Assembly: GCA_964022095.1 (NCBI GenBank)
Contig: CAXHZO010000003.1
Span: forward strand, 128,001-192,000
DNA from: an uncultured Arcobacteraceae bacterium
GTDB lineage: Bacteria; Campylobacterota; Campylobacteria; Campylobacterales; Arcobacteraceae
Direction of reading: 5' to 3'
Length of the DNA: 64,000 bases
In this document: positions 29,283 to 38,104 of the stretch, one piece after another
Layout: each line of letters opens with the position of its first letter
How positions within the stretch are numbered: the first letter of the stretch is position 1
The notes under the pieces: model-generated
The model's input: the letters and a program-made list of their open reading frames with translations, nothing else
The model's database searches: none
Told to the model about the DNA's origin: nothing
Translations under genes and position numbers: made by a program

Positions 29283-29870
29283 ATGGCATTAAAAATAGGA
29301 ATTGCAGGACCTGTAGGAAGTGGTAAAACCTCACTAATTGAGTCTTTAACAAACTTACTAAAAGATAAGTATTCTTTAGGAATAGTAACAAATGATATAT
29401 ATACAACTGAAGATGCAAATTATCTTAAAAAAACACTAGACCTAGATGAAGATAGAATCTTAGGTGTTGAAACTGGAGGTTGTCCACATACAGCAATTCG
29501 TGATGATATCTCCATGAATCAAAAAGCAGTAGTAGAACTAGAAGAAAAGTTCAATCCTGATATTGTATTTGTTGAAAGTGGTGGAGATAATCTTAGTGCG
29601 ACTTTTTCTTATGAGTTAATTGATTATTATGTATATGTTATTGATGTTGCACAGGGTGCTGATATTCCTAGAAAAAAAGGTGCAGGGCTATTGTTTAGTG
29701 ATTTACTAATAGTGAATAAAACTGACCTTGCACCTTATGTTGATATTGATTTAGCTGATATGGAAAATGATGTGAAAAATAGTAGAAAAAGTAAACCTTA
29801 TGTGTTTATCTCTAAAAAGCAACCTAATAGTTTAAATGGAGTTGTAAACTGGATTGAAGCACTAATTTAA
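29283..29870 (+). CDS. ureG: Urease accessory GTPase UreG
   Basis: GPVGSGKT, ETGGCPHTAIR, ESGGDNL, NKTDLAP. Confidence 0.97.
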   Translation: MALKIGIAGPVGSGKTSLIESLTNLLKDKYSLGIVTNDIYTTEDANYLKKTLDLDEDRILGVETGGCPHTAIRDDISMNQKAVVELEEKFNPDIVFVESGGDNLSATFSYELIDYYVYVIDVAQGADIPRKKGAGLLFSDLLIVNKTDLAPYVDIDLADMENDVKNSRKSKPYVFISKKQPNSLNGVVNWIEALI

Positions 29871-29886
29871 TAAAAAAGTATAGAGT

Positions 29887-32178
29887 CTATTTAAAACAAA
29901 TTTTGTTTCTACCAGACTCCTTTGCTTCATAAAGAGCTTCATCTGCTCTTTTAATAATTGAGTTTATATCATCATCTTTTTTAAAAACAGTAGCTCCAAC
30001 ACTAATCGTTTTTTTACCAACTTCTTTAATAGTATCTTCTTCAACAGTTTTTCTGATTTTTTCTAGAATAGTTAACATATCTTCTTTTTTTGTTTCAGGA
30101 AGAATTACTAAAAACTCTTCTCCTCCCCATCTTCCAATGAAGTCAGTTTTTCTAATATTATTGCTTATTAAAGAGCTAATATGTTTTAGAACTTCATCAC
30201 CGACTAAATGCCCACAGCTATCATTTACTTTTTTAAAATAATCAATATCAATAATTGCACAAGCAAATATATGGTTATATCTTTTATTTCTTTGTATTTC
30301 ATTGTTTGTTATTTCATCGATTTTTTTTCTATTGTAAATACCAGTTAGCTTATCTATTGTTGCAAGTATTTGGAGTTCTTTATTTTGTTTTTCTATGATT
30401 TTTTTTGCTAAAGATATTTTTCTATTCCAATAGATAACAAAGATTAATAATATTATTGCCAGAATTGAAATTTTTATAACTAAACTATAATCAGCAGCTT
30501 GTTCATATTTTACTGATAACCATTTGTTTAAAATACTTTTATGAATTTCAGGGGGAATTTGATCTAAAACTTTTTGTAAAATATTTGATAAAATAAGTTC
30601 ATCTTTTACTACAGCAAGTCCTAGTGTTAATTTATCATCTAATTTCCCAGAGATTTTTAATTGACCATAATAGTTTTTTTGAATTTGATTTCCTACAGTA
30701 GCTAATGTTCCTACATAAATATCAATTTCTCCAGAATTCACTTTTTGTAAACCATCTTTTATACTATCAACTTCAATTAAATTAAAATATGGATATTTCT
30801 TTTTGAAAACCTCATAGTATGCATAGCTTTTGACAATACCTATTTTCTTATTGTATAAATCATTAATATCTTCAATAAATGGCATACTAAGTGTTGTAGT
30901 TAAAACTAAGGGTATAGTTAGATATGATTCCGAAAAATTTAGGTATTCATCTCTTTGATTTGTTCTCATAGCTAATAGTAAAACTTCACATTTTTTTGAT
31001 TTAGCATGTTCTAATGATTCATACCATGATTTAGTTCTTATTAAATTAAATGATTTATCAAGTCTTTTTTCTAAAATATTTAAATAGTCTTTAGTAATAC
31101 CACTGTGATTGTTTTCTTTATCTATATATTCAAATGGCTCCCAACTAGGATCCACACAGTAAGAAATACTCTTTTTGTTTTTTAAGTAATTTATCTCTTT
31201 ATGAGTAAATTTATATTTGTGATTAATATCTTTATAAATGTAATCATCTAGATTTATATTAGGTTTAGTTAATCCAAGAACTTTATACATATCATAAGTT
31301 TTCATTAGTTTGTCTGTACTAATTGAGCCAATAAGTCCATTTTTATCATAAATTAGTTTTTTTAATTCATTTGCTTCAAAAGTTAGAGCTTCTTTACTTT
31401 TATTTAAACTATTATATTTAAGTTTAATTAAATTTACAGTCTCCTCAATATTTGAAAAAGCATAATTAAAACCTTTTAATGTAGCTTCTCTAAATTTCTT
31501 TACTAGTTCTGGATTGTTTTTTTCAAAATTTTTACTAGTAGTTAGTAGATCATTATAAAAATTAAATCCAAAATCTTGAGAGCTAAAAGTCTTAGGTTCA
31601 AATCCTAATTCTTTTAAGGTATAAGGTTCATTAGATATGTATGAAACCATTAAATCTGTATTATTATTTGCTAGGTCTTCTATGTTAAATGAGTGTTTTA
31701 ATATTTTCATATCATCTATTTTTATTTTATTTGAAGATAATATTGATGCTATAGAAGAATCTTTTATATGATCCTCAATTATCATTATTCTTTTATTTTT
31801 AAAATCTTCTACAGAATTAATACCTGATTCTTTTTTTGCTAAAACTACTAATGGACTTGATTGATAAATTGCAGCTAAGTATAATATGTTTTTTTCTTCT
31901 GAAATATCAATTACGGATGAAGGTCTAACAATTGCAAATTGGGATTTATTTGAAATAAGATCATTAATAATATTTATTGTGTGATTCCATTCTTTTATTT
32001 GTACATCTAATCCTATGTCCTCATAAAAGCCTTTTTCTTTTGCTATATAAAATCCTGAAAATTGGAATTGATGTTTCCAATTTAATTGAACAGTGATTTT
32101 TTGAGATGAAGCATTTAGAAAATTTAGTAGAAAAAGTAATATAAAAATTAATTTCATTAGAATCTCTTTATTTATCAA
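29887..32178 (-). CDS. Diguanylate cyclase with NMT1-like and PBP-type periplasmic domains
   Basis: LNWKHQFQFSGFY, CVDPSWEPFE, TM segment, DIDYFKKVND, RWGGEEF. Confidence 0.92.
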   Translation of the reverse strand: MINKEILMKLIFILLFLLNFLNASSQKITVQLNWKHQFQFSGFYIAKEKGFYEDIGLDVQIKEWNHTINIINDLISNKSQFAIVRPSSVIDISEEKNILYLAAIYQSSPLVVLAKKESGINSVEDFKNKRIMIIEDHIKDSSIASILSSNKIKIDDMKILKHSFNIEDLANNNTDLMVSYISNEPYTLKELGFEPKTFSSQDFGFNFYNDLLTTSKNFEKNNPELVKKFREATLKGFNYAFSNIEETVNLIKLKYNSLNKSKEALTFEANELKKLIYDKNGLIGSISTDKLMKTYDMYKVLGLTKPNINLDDYIYKDINHKYKFTHKEINYLKNKKSISYCVDPSWEPFEYIDKENNHSGITKDYLNILEKRLDKSFNLIRTKSWYESLEHAKSKKCEVLLLAMRTNQRDEYLNFSESYLTIPLVLTTTLSMPFIEDINDLYNKKIGIVKSYAYYEVFKKKYPYFNLIEVDSIKDGLQKVNSGEIDIYVGTLATVGNQIQKNYYGQLKISGKLDDKLTLGLAVVKDELILSNILQKVLDQIPPEIHKSILNKWLSVKYEQAADYSLVIKISILAIILLIFVIYWNRKISLAKKIIEKQNKELQILATIDKLTGIYNRKKIDEITNNEIQRNKRYNHIFACAIIDIDYFKKVNDSCGHLVGDEVLKHISSLISNNIRKTDFIGRWGGEEFLVILPETKKEDMLTILEKIRKTVEEDTIKEVGKKTISVGATVFKKDDDINSIIKRADEALYEAKESGRNKICFK

Positions 32179-32237
32179 TCTATTTACTTCTATTTTACAA
32201 TAAATTATATTTATTTATACTCTGTTATAATGTTTTT

Positions 32238-32822
32238 ATGAATTATAATGATATTGAAGAATTAAATCTTAGTAATCAAAACCTAAATGAAGTACCAAAA
32301 GAAGTTTTTTCTTTTGTAAATTTAAAAAGACTCTATTTATATAACAACAATATAAAACATATTTCAAATAAAATAATAAATTTTACAAAATTAGAGTGTC
32401 TAGATTTAAGAGCCAATTGTCTAGATAAACTTCCTTTTGAAATAGGGGAGTTGAAAAATTTGAAAACACTTTATTTATCAAACAATCAAATCAAAGATTT
32501 ACCCTCAAGTTTTAAGAAACTTGTCAAGTTAAATAAACTAATTTATATCAATAATGAATTAGAAAAAGTACCTGATTGTATATATTCTTTAACATCACTT
32601 GAACGTCTTATTTTAAGAGATAATAAAATTAATATAATAGATGAAAAGATAAAATCAATAGAATCATTGAAAAATTTAGATTTAAAAAATAATCATTTAT
32701 CTTCAATACCTATTGAGATATTAAAGCTAAAAAGACTAAGAAGTCTATCTTTACAAAATAATAGAATAACTAAACTATGTTTTAAAATCACAGATTTTGA
32801 AAATTTGAAACAACTTAATTAA
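32238..32822 (+). CDS. Leucine-rich repeat protein
   Basis: About eight 23-aa LxxLxLxxNxLxxLP repeats; no signal peptide. Confidence 0.88.
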   Translation: MNYNDIEELNLSNQNLNEVPKEVFSFVNLKRLYLYNNNIKHISNKIINFTKLECLDLRANCLDKLPFEIGELKNLKTLYLSNNQIKDLPSSFKKLVKLNKLIYINNELEKVPDCIYSLTSLERLILRDNKINIIDEKIKSIESLKNLDLKNNHLSSIPIEILKLKRLRSLSLQNNRITKLCFKITDFENLKQLN

Positions 32823-32866
32823 GAAAACTACTTAAGTTAATTATAATATAGAAAAAAGATAAATTT

Positions 32867-35485
32867 ATGAATAAAATTTTATTTATTTTCTTATTACCAT
32901 TATTAGTTTTTGCAAATACTATTTTCAATGAAGAAGAACTACTTTATATTGAAAATAAAAAAACTATTTTAGTTTCAAATGAGTATGATTATGAACCATA
33001 TGATTATAATATTGATGGAAAAGCTTTAGGTTTTTCTATTGAATTATTAGAGCTGATACTAAAAGATACTGGATTGAAAATAAAGTATATAACTAAACCT
33101 TGGGATGAACTTCTTAAAGATTTACAGAATAATAAACTTGATTTAATTCACACAATTTATAAAACTCAAGAAAGAGAAAAAATATTCTCTTATTCTATTG
33201 GATACTCAAAATCTTCAAATAATTATATAACAAGAAAAGATACAAATAATATTTCAAGTGTGAAGGATTTATTTGGGAAAAAAGTAGGTATTTCAAAAAG
33301 TTGGAGTGACGAGGTTTTTTTTAATAATTATCCAAAAATCACAAAAGTTTATTATGAAAGTTTAGAAGATAAATTAAAAGCATTAAGTGTAGGTGAAATT
33401 GATGCTATTATAAATAGTGCTAATGTAGCTAATTATTACATAAAAAAATATGGTTATAACCTCTTAAAAGTTAATTCTATAATAAAAGATGAATTTGCAA
33501 ATAAATTAAATGACCACTATTTTGTTTCTAATATAGATAATCCAATATTAATATCAATTATAAATAAATCGTATAAAAGCTTATCCTTAGATCAAATTAT
33601 TAAATTAAATCAAAAGTGGTTTGGAGAGATTGATTCTCGAATAGACCTTACAATTGAAGAACAAAAATATCTAAATGAAAAAGTATTTATAAACTTATGT
33701 ATAGACCCAAATTGGAAGCCACTAGAATTTTTTAATAAAGATGGCAAACACGATGGTATGAGTTCAGACTATTTTAAACTTTTTTCAAAAATTTTAGATG
33801 TAGATTTTAATGTAATAAATTCAAAATCTTGGAATCAAACTCTATCTTATGTTAAAAATAAAAAGTGTGACATTGTATCTTTTGCAATGGAAACTAAAAA
33901 TAGAAAAGAGTATTTAAATTTCACTACACCATATTTAGAATTACCTTTAGTAGTCGCAACAAAAAATGATATTCCTTTTATTGAAGACATTGAGTATTTT
34001 ATACATAAACCAATTGGAGTTATAAAAAACTATGCTGTTGGAGAAATATTAAAAGAGAAATATCCTGAAATGAATATAGTTGAAGTTAAAGATATGCAAG
34101 AGGCTATGAGAAAACTATCAAAGGGTGAAATCTTTGGTTATATTGACACTTTACCTACAATAAGTGCATTTTTTCAAAGTTCCCAAAATAATGAAATAAA
34201 AATTGCTGGTAAGGTAGATTTAACTTGGGAATTAGGAATTGCAGTTAGGAATGACGACAAATTACTATTAGAAATTTTAGAAAAAGTTATTACAAAAGTT
34301 ACTCAAGAAGAAAAAAGGGAAATTCTAAATAAATGGATATCTATTAAATATGAAAAAGCTACAGATTATAAATTAGTATGGAAAATATTAGCAATTTCAG
34401 TTTTAGTGGTTTTACTTTTTATTTATCGACAATATTTATTAAGAAGGTCACTAAATGATTTCACCAAATTAATTGATTCAACCTTAGAAGCTATTATAAT
34501 TTTTAAAAACAATAAATGTATTGATGCAAATAAAAGTGCATTAAAAATATTTGATTATGACTCAAAAAATAGTATAAAAGGAAAATCTATATATGATTTT
34601 ATTAGTGATAAATCCAAGACAGTTTTACAAAATAAGATTAATAATTCTATAAATATTCCTTTTGAGCTTTTTGCTAAAAAAAGTTCTTCTAAAGATTTTA
34701 ACGCATTAATAAATTATTATGAAATAAAAGATAAGAATATTTTTGTTTTAAGTGTAGTTGACATTACAAATTTAAAAGAGTTAGAAGCTTCAACTAAAAG
34801 AGCTCAAATGGGTGAAATGATAGAAAATATTGCACATCAATGGAGACAACCTTTAAGTACTATTTCTACAGTAGCTTCAAATATTAGTTTTTCACATAAA
34901 ATGGATATTAAACAAGATATGAATTATGTTGCACTTAGTATGGATAAAATTGTTAAAACCACTACATATTTATCTGATACTATTAATACTTTTCAAAACT
35001 TTTTAAAAGAAAAAAAAGAGCTTAAAAAAGTTGTTCTTCAAGATAGAATAAAAATTGCAACAGATATTGTCGCTGGGTCTTTAATAAACTATAATATTGA
35101 ATTAAAAAAACAAATTCCAAGTGAGCCTATGGAAATATATTTATATGCAGGAGAGTTAAGTCAAGTTTTAATTAATATTTTAAATAATGCAAAAGATGTG
35201 ATAAAACATAGAGAAATTGAAAATCCATGGATTGAAATAAAGCTAGAAAAATGTGAAGAAAAAGTAAAAATTACTATTGAAGATAATGCACAAGGTATTG
35301 AAGATAATATTATTAATAAAATCTTTGATCCATATTTTACAACAAAACATTCATCACAAGGTACAGGTCTTGGACTACATATGAGTTATAGAATAATAAC
35401 TGAAAGTTTAAAGGGTAAACTTAGTGTTTCAAATACGAAAAATGGTGCATTGTTCACAATTGAACTACCAGTTCACAAGAGTTGA
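32867..35485 (+). CDS. Sensor histidine kinase with two PBP-type domains and PAS
   Basis: ENIAHQWRQPL H-box, NILNNAKD, FDPYFTTK, GTGLGL. Confidence 0.9.
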   Translation: MNKILFIFLLPLLVFANTIFNEEELLYIENKKTILVSNEYDYEPYDYNIDGKALGFSIELLELILKDTGLKIKYITKPWDELLKDLQNNKLDLIHTIYKTQEREKIFSYSIGYSKSSNNYITRKDTNNISSVKDLFGKKVGISKSWSDEVFFNNYPKITKVYYESLEDKLKALSVGEIDAIINSANVANYYIKKYGYNLLKVNSIIKDEFANKLNDHYFVSNIDNPILISIINKSYKSLSLDQIIKLNQKWFGEIDSRIDLTIEEQKYLNEKVFINLCIDPNWKPLEFFNKDGKHDGMSSDYFKLFSKILDVDFNVINSKSWNQTLSYVKNKKCDIVSFAMETKNRKEYLNFTTPYLELPLVVATKNDIPFIEDIEYFIHKPIGVIKNYAVGEILKEKYPEMNIVEVKDMQEAMRKLSKGEIFGYIDTLPTISAFFQSSQNNEIKIAGKVDLTWELGIAVRNDDKLLLEILEKVITKVTQEEKREILNKWISIKYEKATDYKLVWKILAISVLVVLLFIYRQYLLRRSLNDFTKLIDSTLEAIIIFKNNKCIDANKSALKIFDYDSKNSIKGKSIYDFISDKSKTVLQNKINNSINIPFELFAKKSSSKDFNALINYYEIKDKNIFVLSVVDITNLKELEASTKRAQMGEMIENIAHQWRQPLSTISTVASNISFSHKMDIKQDMNYVALSMDKIVKTTTYLSDTINTFQNFLKEKKELKKVVLQDRIKIATDIVAGSLINYNIELKKQIPSEPMEIYLYAGELSQVLINILNNAKDVIKHREIENPWIEIKLEKCEEKVKITIEDNAQGIEDNIINKIFDPYFTTKHSSQGTGLGLHMSYRIITESLKGKLSVSNTKNGALFTIELPVHKS

Positions 35486-35487
35486 TT

Positions 35488-36156
35488 TTATAACTTTTGA
35501 TAAATACCAAAAAAGTGAGGAACACTTGGCTCTTGAGTATCATCATATGCTAAGAAGCTAATCTCTTGTAGTTTATCAATATTTACAAATTCATCCATCT
35601 CTTTTTTACTTAATGGAAGAGGAATAGCACTTTCCTTTTCACCTTCATTTCTACTTCTACAAGAAACTAAAATATAGCCTTCTTTTGAAATAAGTGAGCT
35701 CATCGCAACTCTAGCTTTTTTTCTATATTCCCCTGGAAGTACTTGAATAGTATTACACTCATAAACTACATCAAATTTTTCAAACCACTCTTTAGGATAA
35801 TTAAATAAATCAGCAACTTCATAAGTGACTTTTGTATTTGGATATCTGTTTTTACATAATTCAATGGCACTAGGCGAAATATCAAAAGCCGTAACTTCAA
35901 ATCCAAATTCACTTAAAGCTTCTGCATCATCGCCAACACCACATCCAATTACACAAGCTTTTTTATTCATTTTTGTAATAATATTTTGTTTTAACCAATT
36001 TAGTAAATAAGGACTTGGTTCTAAATCTGCCCAAAAGACTTTTTTATAATCACCTTTTGCTCCTTGATAAATACTATCAAACCACCCCGTTGGGTCATTT
36101 TTTTCTTGGTAAGACTTTACCATTTTTACATATTCATCAAAGTTAAAATCTTCCAT
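35488..36156 (-). CDS. Class I SAM-dependent methyltransferase (TPMT-like)
   Basis: VIGCGVGDDAE, AFDISPSA, ADLF. Confidence 0.85.
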   Translation of the reverse strand: MEDFNFDEYVKMVKSYQEKNDPTGWFDSIYQGAKGDYKKVFWADLEPSPYLLNWLKQNIITKMNKKACVIGCGVGDDAEALSEFGFEVTAFDISPSAIELCKNRYPNTKVTYEVADLFNYPKEWFEKFDVVYECNTIQVLPGEYRKKARVAMSSLISKEGYILVSCRSRNEGEKESAIPLPLSKKEMDEFVNIDKLQEISFLAYDDTQEPSVPHFFGIYQKL

Positions 36157-36168
36157 TTTCTTTTCCTT

Positions 36169-36957
36169 TTAGATTTCTATTTCAATTCCAATAGGACAGT
36201 GGTCACTTCCCATAACTTCATCTAAAATGAAAGCATCTTTTACAAATTCTTTTAAATCTTCACTTACATAAAAATAATCAATTCTCCAGCCAACATTATT
36301 TGCTCTTGCATTTGCTCTGTATGACCACCACGAATATTTATCTTTGATATCACCATTTATAAGTCTAAAAGTATCAACATACCCATGGTCTAAAAATTTA
36401 GTAATCCAATCTCTCTCCATTGGTAAGAAACCTGATGTTTTTTCATTTGCTTTTGGTCTAGCGATATCTATTTCAGTGTGTGCTGTGTTTACATCTCCAC
36501 ATACGATGATAGATTTTCCTTCTTTTTTTAGATTCTCACAATGAGCTAAAAATCTATCATAGAATTCCATTTTATAAACAAGTCTTTCTTCTTTTGATTG
36601 ACCATTTGGAAAATATACATTAAAAAATGCAATATCTTTATCTCCTAGTGTAAAATGAACTTCGTTTATTCTTCCTTCATCTAAGATATCTACACTTGGA
36701 CAATTACACTCAAAAGTAGGTTCAATATCCGTAAAAAGTGCAGTTCCACTTCTACCTTTTATCTTTGATTCACTTGCAAATAGTGTGTTGTAATTTTTTT
36801 CAAAAATTGAATCAGGGATTTGTGATTTCATTGATTTTGTTTCTTGAATTCCTAGTAAATCAATATTTGCTTCATCAACCCATTTTAAAGCTTCTTTTTT
36901 ATCAACTGCTCTAATTCCATTTACATTCCATGAAATAAATTTATATCTTTGTGCCAT
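36169..36957 (-). CDS. xth: Exodeoxyribonuclease III / AP endonuclease
   Basis: SWNVNGIRA, QETK, YFPNG, GDVNTAH, GWRIDY, SDHCP. Confidence 0.95.
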   Translation of the reverse strand: MAQRYKFISWNVNGIRAVDKKEALKWVDEANIDLLGIQETKSMKSQIPDSIFEKNYNTLFASESKIKGRSGTALFTDIEPTFECNCPSVDILDEGRINEVHFTLGDKDIAFFNVYFPNGQSKEERLVYKMEFYDRFLAHCENLKKEGKSIIVCGDVNTAHTEIDIARPKANEKTSGFLPMERDWITKFLDHGYVDTFRLINGDIKDKYSWWSYRANARANNVGWRIDYFYVSEDLKEFVKDAFILDEVMGSDHCPIGIEIEI

Positions 36958-37220
36958 TATTTAGTCTCTTCCTTTATCTTTTTTTCTTCTTTGTCAGTTT
37001 TTTCTTTTTGTTTTATAAGTGGAGTTGGTGCAACAGGTGATAATGGTTTGGGAATATTTCCTAAAGACTTTAATTCTCCACTCCCTAGGCTTGATTCTCC
37101 CATGAGTTTTTCTCCTTTTCCACCGTGCATATCAATTTTTCCACTGTTTTGTTCAGTAAAAGAGTAGTTTGCATATAAAATATTTGCTATAAATATAGTA
37201 ACTATTAGTAATGTTTTCAT
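36957..37220 (-). CDS. Small secreted hypothetical protein
   Basis: Signal peptide, AAGGA RBS, stop codon overlaps the xth start. Confidence 0.6.
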   Translation of the reverse strand: MKTLLIVTIFIANILYANYSFTEQNSGKIDMHGGKGEKLMGESSLGSGELKSLGNIPKPLSPVAPTPLIKQKEKTDKEEKKIKEETK

Positions 37221-37314
37221 ATTTTTTCCTTTTTTAAAGATTTTGATTATAACCCTTTTTTGATAATAAAGGCTTTATTGGGTATTTTCTTTTTATTATA
37301 AATAGGATTATTAT

Positions 37315-38031
37315 ATGTTAGAGTTATTATTAGGACTTATTACTTTTTTTACATCAACTATTACTGCTGTTGTAGGACTTGGTGGAGGAATGATGTTAAT
37401 AGCAATTATGCCATCTTTTTTACCAATAAATGCAGTAATTCCCATACATGGATTAACTCAATTATCAAGCAATTTTAGCAGAGCTTTCTTTGGATATAAA
37501 GATATTCAGTATGAAGTAGTTCCAAAGTTTTTAATAGGTTCACTTCTAGGTGTAGGTTTGTTTGCAACTATTGTTAGCCTTATATCTTTAGAATATGTTC
37601 CTTTGTTTATGGGAAGCTATATTTTGCTATCACTTTGGTCAGTTAAATTTAATGAAAAAATTAAAAAATTTGAAAACTATTATTTAATTGGATTTTTTCA
37701 AAGTGGTTTATCTATTGTTGTAGGAGCAACTGGACCGCTTGCAATGACACTACTATTAAAAGATTATGGGGATAAAAACAAAGTTGTAGTTACAGCAGCA
37801 GCTATTATGTGTATTACACATATATTGAAGCTGTTTGTATTTATGTATTTTGGCTTTATATTTTTTGATTATATTGGGATTATTCTTGCTATGATTATTG
37901 GTGCAGTTGTTGGTAGTTGGGCTGGTACTAAATTAAGAGATAAAGTTGATGGAGCTAAATTTACTATTATTTTAAAAGTATTACTTTCTGCACTTGCTAT
38001 TAAGATTATTATTACAGCACTCATAATTTAA
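37315..38031 (+). CDS. TauE/SafE-family (sulfite exporter-like) membrane protein
   Basis: VGLGGGMML and VGATGPL motifs; about eight TM segments. Confidence 0.85.
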   Translation: MLELLLGLITFFTSTITAVVGLGGGMMLIAIMPSFLPINAVIPIHGLTQLSSNFSRAFFGYKDIQYEVVPKFLIGSLLGVGLFATIVSLISLEYVPLFMGSYILLSLWSVKFNEKIKKFENYYLIGFFQSGLSIVVGATGPLAMTLLLKDYGDKNKVVVTAAAIMCITHILKLFVFMYFGFIFFDYIGIILAMIIGAVVGSWAGTKLRDKVDGAKFTIILKVLLSALAIKIIITALII

Positions 38032-38062
38032 GTGAATATTTTGTTCAAATATGTTTTACTTA

Positions 38063-38079
38063 TGAAACAATTTTGAAAC
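38063..38079 (+). promoter_or_regulatory. TGAAAC-N5-TGAAAC direct repeat upstream of the histidine kinase
   Basis: TGAAACAATTTTGAAAC, identical to 41482-41498. Confidence 0.6.
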
Positions 38080-38104
38080 TTTAGTTGATTGTTTAGGAAG
38101 AACT

